A stretch of 62,958 nucleotides of DNA, filler included, from Octopus bimaculoides (Eukaryota), in NCBI RefSeq assembly GCF_001194135.2. It is 7 parts of 6 records of this genome, joined end to end, with 100 filler letters (N's around TTAATTAATTAA, not from the genome) between each part and the next. Parts side by side here need not be neighbours in the genome. Positions count along the whole stretch, not along the records: positions 35,116 to 42,582 come from NC_068982.1; positions 42,683 to 60,541 come from NC_069006.1; 5 more parts are not named here. One strand, given 5' to 3'. The notes under the pieces are model-generated. The model worked only from the letters and a program-made list of their open reading frames with translations. It was not told the origin of the DNA and made no database searches. Made by a program: the position numbers and the translations under genes. This document shows, one piece after another, positions 40,286 to 52,110 of the stretch (within the stretch, counting starts at the first letter, position 1; every line of letters starts with the position of its first letter).

Positions 40286-40323
40286 CACTACAATTGTTTC
40301 TACTCAACGTAGTTCTCCAGGCG
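40286..40323 (-). ncRNA. Minimal hammerhead-like motif, family B
   Basis: cgc CUGGAGA ac uac-guuga-gua GAAA CAAUUG UA gug; palindromic ACAAUUGU helix III; A6->G. Confidence 0.5.
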
Positions 40324-40380
40324 TTCTTAACAGAATATACCATAACTATATATACACATATATGTATATATACATGTCTA

Positions 40381-40427
<47 letters not shown>

Positions 40428-40446
40428 ATATATATATATATATATC

Positions 40447-40672
40447 TTATTTCTTTACTGCCCACAAGGGGCTACACACAGAGGGGACAAACAAGGACAG
40501 ACAAACGGACTAAGTCGATTATATCGACCCCAGTGCGCAACTGGTACTTATTTAATCGACCCCGAAAGGATGAAAGGCAAAGTCGACCTCGGCGGAATTT
40601 GAACTCAGACGAAATACCGTTAAACATTTCGCCCGGCGTGGTAACGTTTCTGTCAGCTCGCCGCCTTTTGCG
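40447..40672 (-). mobile_element. Family-2 SINE
   Basis: Reverse complement of 16743-16925 pattern. Confidence 0.88.
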
Positions 40673-41523
40673 CGCGCGCGCAGATATATATATATATATA
40701 TATCTACACACACACACACACACACGCAGAAACACATACATACATATATACATACATATATGGGAGTGTGTAATGAATTACATGTTAATAAATCGAAAAG
40801 AAGACCTCGGTTCTCTCTCAATGTAATTAGTAGAGACAGATCTGCGTATCTATTAATTCATCTCTATCTGTATTTCTCTCTCCGCTCTCTCTCCTCCTTT
40901 TTATCTGTTTATCTGTCTCTCTCTGTCTGCCTATTTTTATCTGCATCTACTTATCTATTTACCTCTCTGCCCGTAGGCCTATCAACATATGTATATATGT
41001 ATTTATCTGTCTATCCATCTGTTTGTACCTGTCTGTCTGTCTATCTCACCATCCATCCATCCATCCAACCATCCATCCATCCATCCATCCATCCATCCAT
41101 TCATCCATATCTGCCTGTCTATTTATCGTTCTATCAAATTATCTAATCCCTTTACATAGTATTACTCTTTATATTACTTCTTCCTTATTCTCCACTCCTC
41201 AGACGCAAATTGAAAAAAATCACGCACAAACACGCACATACACACTTACGTAAACCTTAATTCCCTCAAAATCACAGGCCACTAATTTTGATGAATATAT
41301 TCACTTGTTTACAAATATATCCAATAACACACCTTTCCTATATGTTTCATATGCACGCACGCACACACACACACAGGCACATACACACACGCTAACAAAA
41401 TATTATTCACACTTTTTCTTTTTCACAAAGCAACACAATCAAATGAAGTTAGAGAAAGCAACAACAACAACAAATACTTACAATAATCCCACTGAATACA
41501 CACTATTCATTGATTTCTGTATA

Positions 41524-42582
41524 CAGAAGTTGGACAAAATAATGGAAACACCTTAAAATTTCAAACAAATTTATTTTAATATGGAGTAGGACCGCCTTTG
41601 GCAGTAATTACAGCTTGAATTCTACGAGGTATGGACTCGTACAAAGCTTGAATTGTTTCCAAAGGAATTTTTGTCCACCCTTCAGCTAAAACAGTCTCCA
41701 GTTCTTGTAGTGATGATGGTGGAAGATATTGACTCCTTACTTGTTTTTCTAAAACGCACCATAAATGTTCAATAATATTGAGATTTGGAGACTGTGGTGG
41801 TCAGATAAGATGCTCAACTTCACTAGAATGTTCCTCGTGCCATTCAGTAACAACTTTAGCTGTGTGAATTGGTGCATTATCATCCTGAAAGATTGCGTTT
41901 TCCCCCGGAAACAGTTCCGAAGCCATAGGATGAATTTGATCAGATAAAATGCATAAATGGTCTTCACTATTAATTCTATCATGAAGAGAAACCATTGGGC
42001 CAGCGGATTTCCATGATATAGTCCTCCAGATCTTTAAAGATCCTACTCCATGTTTAACAGTCGAAAGAAGGTAGTCTGGGTCAAATGCTTCCTTTGGCTG
42101 TTTCCACTCTAAACGCTTTGCAAGATTTGTTTTGAAAGTAGTGGTTTTCTGATTGCAGCCCTCCTGTGAAATCCTGCTTTGTGAAGCTCCCGGCATACAA
42201 TTTTTGTAAAACCCGGGTTCTCGAGGTGGTCATTAAGCTCTGCAGTAATTTTGGGAGCTGTACTTTTGTGATCCTTTCTAACAATTCGTGTAAGAGTCCG
42301 ACGGACCCTATCTGAAAGTTTTGGTTTTCTTCTGGAGTTTTGTTTCGACGAGGAGGTTTTTTTTCCCTCTTTCTCAAAGGCTGTTATTACTTTCGAGACA
42401 GTACTTCTTGATACACTAAACATTTCGGCTGTTGTCGTTATGCTAGCGCCTGCTATACGAGCATCCAACAATTTGACCTCTTTGAAAGTTCGATAGATCT
42501 GTCATTTTAATGAATTTTAATTACCTTTTTTCTGATGATATCTGAGAAGAAACAGCAATTTTAGCAAAACATATTAAGCAAC
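41524..42582 (-). mobile_element. Second copy of the same Tc1 family, runs into gap
   Basis: TA|cagaagttggacaaaataatggaaacacc; colinear with 37807-39046. Confidence 0.93.
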
Positions 42583-43265
42583 NNNNNNNNNNNNNNNNNN
42601 NNNNNNNNNNNNNNNNNNNNNNNNNNTTAATTAATTAANNNNNNNNNNNNNNNNNNNNNNNNNNNNNNNNNNNNNNNNNNNNATCTGTATATATATATAT
42701 ATATATCTGTATATATGTATATATATATCTGTATATATGTATATATATATATGTATATATATATACATATGTATGTATATATATATATGTGTGTGTATAT
42801 ATATATGTATATATATATATACATATGTATATATCTACATATACACACACATATATGTACATATTTAACAAACGTTACAACAAAACAAATGGTCTGGACA
42901 TAGTTTTAAGAAACAGAATTAAAGTGCTGGGACCGAATAGTTCGACGAAACCTTTCAAGGCGGTGCTTCAGCATGGCCGCAGTCCAATGGGTGAAAGAAG
43001 TAAGTGATAAAAGAAGAATCGGAATACAAACAAGAATATAAATAATAATTGCGGAAAGCATTCAAGGGAACACAACTCTATTACTACAGAAATAAGTTTT
43101 AATAGTAGTGATAGAGTTCTCTCCCTTGACCATTATGTAACTGTTCATCTTAAACCTTTCGTCACCGACATTGAATGAACGGGTAGGGGTTGGGGAGAGA
43201 TATTAGGTGTAAAAGAAGAGAAATGAAATATTTGTCACTGAGACTAAATAAGAATCTGGTTTTAC

Positions 43266-43443
43266 CTGAAATCCAACTTGTTGCACTTCATGAGCTCTGA
43301 TAACGTGTGACAAGTTGTTCCGGTGGAGAAAAGCCTTTAGTGCCGAACAGCTGAAGACATGAGCCGTTCCTCGGCGAACGTTTCGAGAAAATCCTTGATT
43401 TTCTTTCAGGCTTTGCAGCATTTCCGGTGTGATTTGGTCCAGT
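43266..43443 (-). CDS. PPP phosphatase exon (RG, RAHE); last exon recognised
   Basis: ccatttcacag| ... |gtaaaa; 178 nt, phase 2-0; LDQITPEMLQSLKENQGFSRNVRRGTAHVFSCSALKAFLHRNNLSHVIRAHEVQQVGFQ. Confidence 0.97.
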
Positions 43444-43724
43444 CTGTGAAATGGTGAATAAACGAAGACGAATGAAGTGGTATATTGATTGATTTACAAT
43501 GAAGTGCTATGAATATTCAGTTTAAATATACAGCCATGGGTTCGAGAACAATGGGGCACACGGGATGCAAGCGCATTTCTCTAAAATTTTGTAGGGTGGG
43601 AGCAATGAAAACGCTGTGAACATTCTCCAGAGAAACTTCATTGCCAAAATGAACGAGTGTAGAAACATTCAGTTGTTTTGATTTACAAATAATAATAATA
43701 ATAATGATAATGGTTTCAAATTTT

Positions 43725-44060
43725 TGGGGAGGGGACGAGTCGATTACTTCGACCCCAGTATGTAACTGGTACTAATTTTATCGACCTTGAAAGGATGAAA
43801 GGCAAAGTCGACCTCGGCGGAATTTGAACTCAGAACATAGCGACGGTTGAAATACCACTAACCATTTCGTCCAGCGTGCTAACGATTCTGCTAGCTCACC
43901 ACCTTCAAATATGATAATAACCTTTTCTATTATAGACACGAGGCCTGAAATTTGGGGGAGGGGACGAGTCAATTACATCGACCCCAGTGCTCAACTGGTA
44001 CTTATTTTATCGACCCTGAAAGGATGAAAGGCAAAGTTGAGTTCAGAACGAAACACTGCT
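43725..44060 (-). mobile_element. Two tandem family-2 SINE copies
   Basis: Repeated cgaccc(t)gaaaggatgaaaggcaaagt blocks. Confidence 0.85.
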
Positions 44061-44419
44061 GAGCACTTTGTCCAGTGGCATTTTGTCCATCTTCATGTTC
44101 TGAGTCCAAATTATGTTAGATTGCATCCGATAAAAAAAAAACTGCGCTACATTAACCTTTCCAAGGTTAACGATGGTCTTTTTTTCAACCACAAAATAGC
44201 AGATAGCCATACTGCCCTAGACTGGTCCCTGGCCTCTATCATAAATTAGTGCCAAGAATGCACACCAAAGAGTTGAAGAGACAACAAGGCATCAGGGCTG
44301 GATGACATAAGCCATCATCTCTGGAAGAAGCCAGCCTTCCACAAACATCGGTCGTTAGACTTCTGTGATGAGAGCAATAGAGGAAACGAACCAAGAGACT
44401 TCTCGAAGCTTTGAATTAT

Positions 44420-44820
44420 GCATAGCTGAGTGGTAAAAAGCTTGCTTCCCAATCACAGGGTACCCGGTTCAGTCCCACTACGTGGCAACTTGGACAATTG
44501 CATTTCACTATAGCCTTGGGCTGACCAAAGCCATGTGTGTGGATTTGGTAGACGGAAACTGAAAAAAGCTTGTCGTATATGTGTGTGTGTATGTACAAAT
44601 GTGTGTGTATGTATAAATGTGTGTGTCTTTGTGTCAGTGTTTGTCTCCTATTACTGCTTGACAACCGGTGTTGGTTTGTTTACATCCCCGTGACTTAGCA
44701 GTTTGGCAAAAAGCACCGGTAGAATAAGTACTGCAGTTGATTCGTTCGACTGAAAATTCTTGAAGGCAGTGGTGCCCCAGCATGGTCACAGTCCAGTGAC
44801 TGAAACAAAAAAGAGAATAC
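44420..44820 (+). mobile_element. Family-1 SINE
   Basis: Colinear with 22523-22885. Confidence 0.85.
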
Positions 44821-45062
44821 AAGAATTCCAAAGAAAGGCACTGTTTGTCTCAGAACTGTGCAAGGAACACACTCCCACCTCTCCCCTTTGAGAAGAAAGA
44901 AGGGAGAGGAAGGGAGGGAGGAAGGAAGGAAGGACAGAAGAAAGGGAGGAAGGAAGATAGGCAAATGAAAAGAAGAGAAGTAAAGAAGAAAGGAAAAAAG
45001 GAAGGAAGGAGGAAAGGAATAGAAAAGAAGGCAGAGTTTGGGGTGAGATAGTGGTTACTCAC

Positions 45063-45205
45063 CCGATTGGATCGTTCCACATGAGTTCCCAGGCGAGAGG
45101 GCTTTCCTCTTCAGGGTTGGGCAAGGGCACAGGAATGCTGTTGATGATCTCCATTTTGCCGTTGCCATGGACAGGACTTGGGATCCCACCATGGGTGCAG
45201 AAGAT
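45063..45205 (-). CDS. PPP phosphatase exon (HGG, WNDP)
   Basis: cttcctttttgcgccag| ... |gtgagt; 143 nt, phase 0-2; [47 protein letters not shown](G). Confidence 0.97.
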
Positions 45206-46365
45206 CTGGCGCAAAAAGGAAGCACAATAAATAACGTAAACAAACAACCAAAAAAAGTGTTGGGGATGGGAGAGAGTAGGGGAGGGGGTTAATGCTTAAA
45301 AAAAGTGTGCTGGAAGTTGGGGGTCAGTGCTGATGGTTGATTGAATAAGGTGTTGCAGCAAAAGATGCTGTAAGCATCACCTTTAGGGGTGGGCATGGGT
45401 GGGTGGTTAAAAAGCTTGCTTTGCAGCCACATGATTTTTGGGTTCAGTCCCACTATGTGGCACCTTGGGCAAATGTCTTCCACTATAACCCAGGGCCGAC
45501 CAAAGCCTCGTGAGTGGATCTGGTGTATGAAAACTGTGTAAGCCCATTGTATAATATACGTGTGTGTGTGTCTTTATGTCTGTGTTTGTTGTGACCCTCA
45601 CTACTTGATAACCAGTCATGGTTTGTTTACATCCCCACCATGACTTAGTAGTTCAGCAAAAGAGACTGATGGAATAATTACCACACTTAAAACGATAAAT
45701 GGTGGGAATGAGGGCATTTCACCCTTTCCAGGTCAATAAATTAAGTACCAGCGAAACACTGGGGAGGGGGGCAATCTAATTGACTAGACCCTCCCCACAA
45801 ATTTCAGGCCTTGTGCCTTTAGTAGAAAGGATTATTTTACTTGGAAACAGTTGAGGGTTGGCAACAGGAAGAGCATCTGGTTGTAGAAAATCTACCTCAA
45901 CAAATTTCATCTTGAGTGTAAGGTCTTACTTTAAGTGTAGAGTCTTAAGTGCAAGGTTTTACTTGAAGTGGAGCACCTTGCCTTAAGTAGACTATCTTAC
46001 CTCTCACCTTCAGCATTCAGATTAACTCTTCACATACTTTTCAATTAATCATGTTTTATCTCACAGCTTTGAGATTTTGATGTTGTGATTGTTTATTTTT
46101 AGAATGACATTGTAGGGTAGGTGTGAGAGGCCCAATTTGGATGGTCTGAACATAAAACAGGTAGAATATCTGGGTTGGATACGACTGGCTTAAACACATG
46201 TTTCTGACATAACTATGAAGCTTAAAATTTTTAAGGCAGAGATATAAAAGAATTTGTGATATCCATGTCTTTCCTACATGGCATTAGCAAGATTTAGTGA
46301 TGTGACATGTTGTTGAATGGCAATCAAACCAAAGTTGAAATTCTGATTCTTATTAAATCACTTAA

Positions 46366-46587
46366 CCCTTTGACATTCGGATTATTCTGTGTCAAATGTA
46401 AAGATTATTTATTCATATTGTTTGGAATTAATCCTGTATTATCTCAAAGCTTTAAGAATTCAATAATGTGATTGTTTATTTTTTAAATGACATTGTACGG
46501 TAGGTGAGAGAAGTCAGATCTGATTGGTTTGAATATAAAACAGATAGGATATTTTGGCCAAATATGGCTAGATTAAAACCTAAAAGG
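46366..46587. mobile_element. TTAA-flanked piggyBac-like MITE
   Basis: TTAA|cccttt ... aaaagg|TTAA; related partial copy at about 46005-46200. Confidence 0.65.
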
Positions 46588-46667
46588 TTAAGTTTAGGGT
46601 CTTAATTGAAGGGCCTTGCCTTAAGTATAGCGTATTACGTGTAGGGGCTATATGCATAGAGTCTTAC

Positions 46668-46770
46668 CTTTCCATCAATGACAGCAGACAGCGGCATACA
46701 ATCAAAGCATTCATTAATTGCTGCCCAGATCTTTTCTCCAACAGAAGTACCAAATTTGGTAAGACACTCA
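46668..46770 (-). CDS. PPP phosphatase exon
   Basis: cccattgcag| ... |gtaaga; 103 nt, phase 2-0; ECLTKFGTSVGEKIWAAINECFDCMPLSAVIDGK. Confidence 0.96.
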
Positions 46771-47638
46771 CTGCAATGGGACGAGATGGAATAACAATTA
46801 TTGAAGACATCAATTGGAGATTTACTAAAAATATAATGATGACGATGATGATGATGATGATGATGTTGGTGGTGGTGATTATGAATGATGATGATGAGTG
46901 ATGGTGTTGGTGATTTTGATGTTCATCATCATCATCAACATTTAATATCCATTTTCCATGCTGGCATGGGTCGAATAGCTTGACAGGAACTGGCAAGACC
47001 AGGGGCTGCACCAGGCTCCAACTGTCTGCTTTGGCAGGAGTTTCTACAGCTGGATGCCCTTCCTGACACCAACCACTTTATAGAATGGACTGGGTGCTTT
47101 TTACATGGTGCTAGCACTAATGCTGGCATCCTCATTATCAATTTAATCTCTACCACCAAACTACACACACACACGACAGGCTTCTTTCAGTTTCCATCTT
47201 CCAAATCCACTCACAAGGCTTTGGGTAGACAGAAACACCCTGTCACACATGCACACTGACATTGACACACATATATCATCATCATCATTTAGTGTCTGTT
47301 GTCCATGCTGGCATGGGTTGGACAGTTTGACCAAGTTTGGTAAGCTAGAGAGCTGCACCAGACTCCAGTCCGATTTGGCATGGTTTCTATGGTTGGATGG
47401 CCTTCTTAATGCCAACCACTCTGAGAGTGTAAATGTTTATCAGTGGTTATACACTATAGCGTTATAGATCTATTTTAACCAATGTGTGAAACCGATTGGT
47501 AAAAATCAACTGAAATGGATGAAAACAACTGGTTTCAGTTTACAAATTTCGAGTCATTGTGTCTGTTATTTTATTTCTGTTAATCACAAAGAAACCCCAT
47601 AAGAACTGAAATAACCATGACCCACCCGAGATACTCAC

Positions 47639-47745
47639 AGTTTGAAGCTGAAAACCTCCTGGATGCTACGAGTTTCATGGTTGCCTCGAAGTAGATAGAA
47701 TTTATTTGGAGAGAGGAGTTTCTGAGCAAATAAGTACGACACGAC
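47639..47745 (-). CDS. PPP phosphatase exon (RGNHE)
   Basis: ttctcctgcctccag| ... |gtgagt; 107 nt, phase 0-2; [35 protein letters not shown](L). Confidence 0.97.
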
Positions 47746-47859
47746 CTGGAGGCAGGAGAAAATAGCAATGAACTTACTGCATGCACGAAAACGCAAACAA
47801 AACTGCATGAACGGAAACATAAAATATACATAGGAAGTGCACAGAGAAAAAAGTCTTTC

Positions 47860-48745
47860 AAAAAAGGGGTGAGGGGTTTACGTTTCAGTAATTCTGAGCG
47901 TGAAAAAAATGTTTTTGAAAGTCATGGATGTCGTGTTGTTTTTTGATTTTGTAAGCATTTACACAAGTGTTAGACATACGGAGTTCAAAAAATAATATAT
48001 GGGATTAAAATTATCAAAAATGATTTAGTTTTATTAGTATAAAGAATATGGTTGTTCTCCAAACAATTGGTTTAAATAAAATATTTATAATTTGGTGTAT
48101 GAGCATATAAAGTTTTGATCTTTAAGGAAAAGGTTCAAGTCCTGTTTTTGTAAAGAATTTTACGGTAAGTTAAACTGTAAGTTTTCAAAATAATAAATAA
48201 TGTTGTTTAAATTCTGTATGAGGTGGTTGAAATTTTAATCGGTAGATTCTAAATCTATTTATAAGTGTTTTACTTTCTCATGGTTTTATATTTTAATTAA
48301 AATATTAAATTGCAAATTTAAAGATACATAATTTATGTTGGAAAGCTGATGGTGAATAATCTAGTGGGTGTCTACGAAGTCAGTTGCCAGACATTTGAGC
48401 TTTAATGTGTCCATGTCGAAGGAAGCAAGACGTTCAGAATATGGTAGATGCCTGAAGGTAGGTATTCATCTGGTTGCAAGTTTCTGAACAGTTTTCATAA
48501 GACTGATATGTTAAGCTAGATTGAGTGTCAGGGGATGCAAACTCTAAGTGTGGATGTATCTTAGCCACAGCTTTAAATTGCAAGTTGGAGAGTGACTGAT
48601 AAAGATCTTACTGAGTGATGCTAAGACACCCTCAGCCTTCTCAACAATGTGGTTTCTTCAACGCAAATCGCTGTTGACAATAATGTCAAAGTCATGTTCA
48701 CTAGCAGACTTCTTCAGCTTGGTTTTGTAGAAGGACTATGTAAAA
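47860..48745 (-). mobile_element. Decayed CR1-group LINE 3' end (intronic)
   Basis: EHDFDIIVNSDLR*RNHI, HPHLEFASP, TVQKLATR*IPTFRHLPYSERL; boundaries approximate. Confidence 0.8.
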
Positions 48746-49012
48746 GTTGGGTTTTCCTTCTCAAAAGATAAGGAAAACCTTAAAAGAGGAAACCCTTTGC
48801 AAATATCCTTATCTTTTAGCCCTTTTCTAACTATATTTCTCTTGAAATCCACTGCCTTTGTTTCAATTAATGTTGATAATAATGAAGAATTTAGTAAAAT
48901 AACTTTGTCATTATTAAGCTGTTGTTTTGGACATAAAATGAATATATTTATGCATGTATGTGTGTGTGTAGTATATATTGTATTCAAAGAAGAGAAAATA
49001 TAGTAATGTTAC

Positions 49013-49143
49013 CTCAATGCCATGTTCTCCTCTGTCCACATAGTCTCCAAGGAACAAGAAAGAAGCTGGTGTCAAAAGTGGGCCCATACGCCACAAGGAC
49101 TTCTCAAAGGACACTAAGTCCCTGTAGTTGCCATGGATATCTC
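49013..49143 (-). CDS. PPP phosphatase exon (GDxHG, GDYVDRG)
   Basis: ctttactttcag| ... |gtaaca; 131 nt, phase 1-0; (G)[43 protein letters not shown]. Confidence 0.97.
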
Positions 49144-49295
49144 CTGAAAGTAAAGAAAGACTGGACTTCACTGACAACTTACCCAGACAATTGCTTTTTA
49201 AGCTTTCATTCACCACTATACTTTCCTGCGTGTGTTGAGCATGTTTGTGCGAGTGTGTGTGTGAGTGTGTTTATATGTGTGCCAATTATTTTTAA

Positions 49296-49506
49296 CCCTT
49301 TTGTTACCCTATTTCTGTTGAGATGCTCTGTGTTTCTTTCAATTAATTTGAAATATAACAAAGAATTTAGTAAAATAACTTGGTTATCATTAGGAACATA
49401 AATTGTGACTAAGGTTTGGTGGAAGATTTTAATTCAGAACTTTTGAAAACAAGACATTTGTACTACAGAGCCAGGGGTGGTTTCAGCGAGGTTGGTATCA
49501 AAAGGG
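49296..49506. mobile_element. TTAA-flanked piggyBac-like MITE
   Basis: TTAA|CCCTTTTGTTACC ... GGTATCAAAAGGG|TTAA (12/13 TIR match). Confidence 0.8.
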
Positions 49507-49781
49507 TTAATTAGCAGAAGGTAACAACTGTGATTCAAGGGCCAAGAGTTTCGTGTATAGCATTTATCAAACTAACTTCAATCCTGAGAGCTTAGTTCTT
49601 CATGTGAACTGCTAGATTTGGGGCCAGTTTGATAAGTGCTGTACATGAAACTCTCAGTCCATGAGTCACTATTGCAACCTTCTGCTCATTAAAAATAAAA
49701 ACAAAAAGAACATATTCATGCATTGAGTCCTACTTACCCTGTTTGTTCCACTAAACCTGTATATATACATATATATATATA

Positions 49782-49993
49782 TTTGTATGTGTAACGTAAT
49801 AGTTTAGAAAAAAACCATCGGTTTCCTATCTAGTGTGAATTAGACATTTCTTCAGTTTTTCTAAATGATAGCCATTCTCTGCAAAGAATGTTTTATTTTC
49901 TTTGCAAAGAACGGTTATCATTTAGAAAAACTGAAGAAATGTCTAGTTCACATTAGATGGTTTTTTTCTAAATTATTACGTTACACATACAAA
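49782..49993. repeat. Foldback palindrome (MITE-like)
   Basis: 96-bp arms, 6 mismatches, 11-nt insertion in left arm, 9-nt loop. Confidence 0.95.
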
Positions 49994-51095
49994 AATAAAC
50001 AACTGGTCTATGTGTTATAGGGTATGCTCTTCTCATTTATAATATTATAATGAAGATATATATATATATATAGTGGCCTAGTGGTCAGGGTGTTGTATTC
50101 ATGATCTAGCAATTGTGGTTTCAATTCCTAGACCGGATGGTGCATTGTGTTCTTGAGCAAAACACTTCATCTCACGTTGCTCTACGATCACTTCGACACC
50201 TGAAGCGTGGTACACCGTGCACCAGTTCAGGCAACATCGATTTGATGGAGAGAGTGAGCTAATGTGCAGCACAAACATTTTGATCACTATAAACAAATCA
50301 TATATGTATATATATATATATATATATTCCCAAGCGTCATACTAATACATCCTTTTGTTATTTACACCACCTGTCCTCGTCTGTTGTTGTTTTTTTGTAC
50401 ATTGTCCCACATATAATACACGCTCACGTGGTCGCACCAGCTAATCCTGCCTCCTCTCATCACACACGAACTTCTGGATTCTACCTTCTTTCCTTCTGGA
50501 TCTACTCTTTCTGGACTGTTTGATTCTGAACTTTACACCTTCCGGCTGCACCTCTCCTACCCANNNNNNNNNNNNNNNNNNNNNNNNNNNNNNNNNNNNN
50601 NNNNNNNNNNNNNNNNNNNNNNNNNNNNNNNNNNNNNNNNNNNNNNNNNNNNNNNNNNNNNNNNNNNNNNNNNNNNNNNNNNNNNNNNNNNNNNNNNNNN
50701 NNNNNNNNNNNNNNTATTACCTTTATCATCTTTATTTTTTCCTTTACTTTCCTTCACCTACCGTCTCTTCGTACTCTGGATGTTCCTAATCTGTTTTCTC
50801 TAATCTGCACCTATTACTTTGTATTCTTCTCCCTCTATTTCTTTTCTCTTCTCGTTTCTTCTCTCCCTGTTACCCCATTTTCTCCCTATTGTCCCTTCTT
50901 CCTTTTTGCTTTGTTTTTTTTCTCCCACCTCGCATATATTTTCTTCTCACAACCCCTTTTTCGTTTTTTCTCCTCATGCCTTTATTTTTTTCCCCCACAC
51001 CTCGCCACAGTCAAATGACTGAAACAAGTAAAAGAGTAAAGAGTATGGTTTTCTTTCAATGATGGACTGAAAATATTGTTGTAGATTATACAAAC

Positions 51096-51228
51096 CTAGG
51101 ATGTAGGTGGGTGACTTTAAAGATAGAAGCCTTGGCTCACTCTTAAGAATTTCTTTTATCTGGGAGCAAAGGATGAGTAAACACTTGGCGAAGGCGTTGT
51201 AGTCGACGGCGCCCCACGAAAAGGCCTC
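51096..51228 (-). CDS. PPP phosphatase exon, start of catalytic domain
   Basis: tttcttttacag| ... |gtttgt; 133 nt, phase 0-1; EAFSWGAVDYNAFAKCLLILCSQIKEILKSEPRLLSLKSPTYIL(G). Confidence 0.95.
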
Positions 51229-51389
51229 CTGTAAAAGAAATGGATTAACAGATTAGAAAGAAGTGTATCTGACTGGATTACTTAATCTTTAATCTTAAGT
51301 TGTTCTACTTTAGGTGTGGGTGTGGGTGTGGGTGGAGATGTTATGTTCAGGATTTGTTTTAATGAAAAGAAAGATTAGTCGTTGCATGT

Positions 51390-52110
51390 ACAGCAATGCC
51401 AACATGTGGCAGTGTTGATGTGAAATGTGATGGATGATGGTATGAAGTGTGTGACATGTAGTGGTGACATGTGGCAGCAGGAGTGTGACGAACCCATATA
51501 GCAGTGTTGATGTGACATGTGGGAAGGCTGATATGGGGCAGCCGCCATGAGACCAAACCACCATGGGGCATTACTGATGTGACATGTGGGAGTACTGATA
51601 TATGGCAGCTGGCATGTGACTAGCACACTTTGTGGTAGTACTGATATAACTTGCAGTGCTGACATGTGTCCTTGCCAGCATGTGGCAGTACTGATGTAAC
51701 ATGTGAAAGTACTTATAGGGTGGAAGACATGTAGCTGGACCAATATGTGGCAGTAGGTTTGTGTCCATAAGACCTTGGGGCAGGATTGATATGACATGTA
51801 GTAGCATTAATTTGACAACACAGCCATGTGGCAGTACCGATAGAACGTAATGCTGACATCATCATCATCATCGTTTAACATCCATCTTCCATGTATGCAT
51901 GGGTAGGATGGTTGACAGGAGCTGGCCAGGTACCCTAGGCTACTGTGTCTGTTTTGGCAGGGTTTTTGCAGCTGGATGCCCTTCTTAACACCAACCACTG
52001 TGCAGAGTGAACTTGTGGCAGCAAAATTGTGACCCAACTGACATGTTGTAGTGCTGACAAGAGAGCTCACCAACATGTAGCAGTGCTGAGGTGACATGTA
52101 GCAAGACACA
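51390..52110. repeat. Degenerate ~21-bp minisatellite (ACATGTGGCAGTACTGATGTG-like)
   Basis: Recurrent acatgtggcag / gtactgat / gtgttgatgtg; interrupted at about 51860-52000 by an RTE-type tail. Confidence 0.7.

Noticed and set aside
49127-49140. RFX X-box-like GTTGCCATGGATAT (similar at about 45161)
   Set aside because: Explained by the codons for IHGN / VHGN in phosphatase exons.
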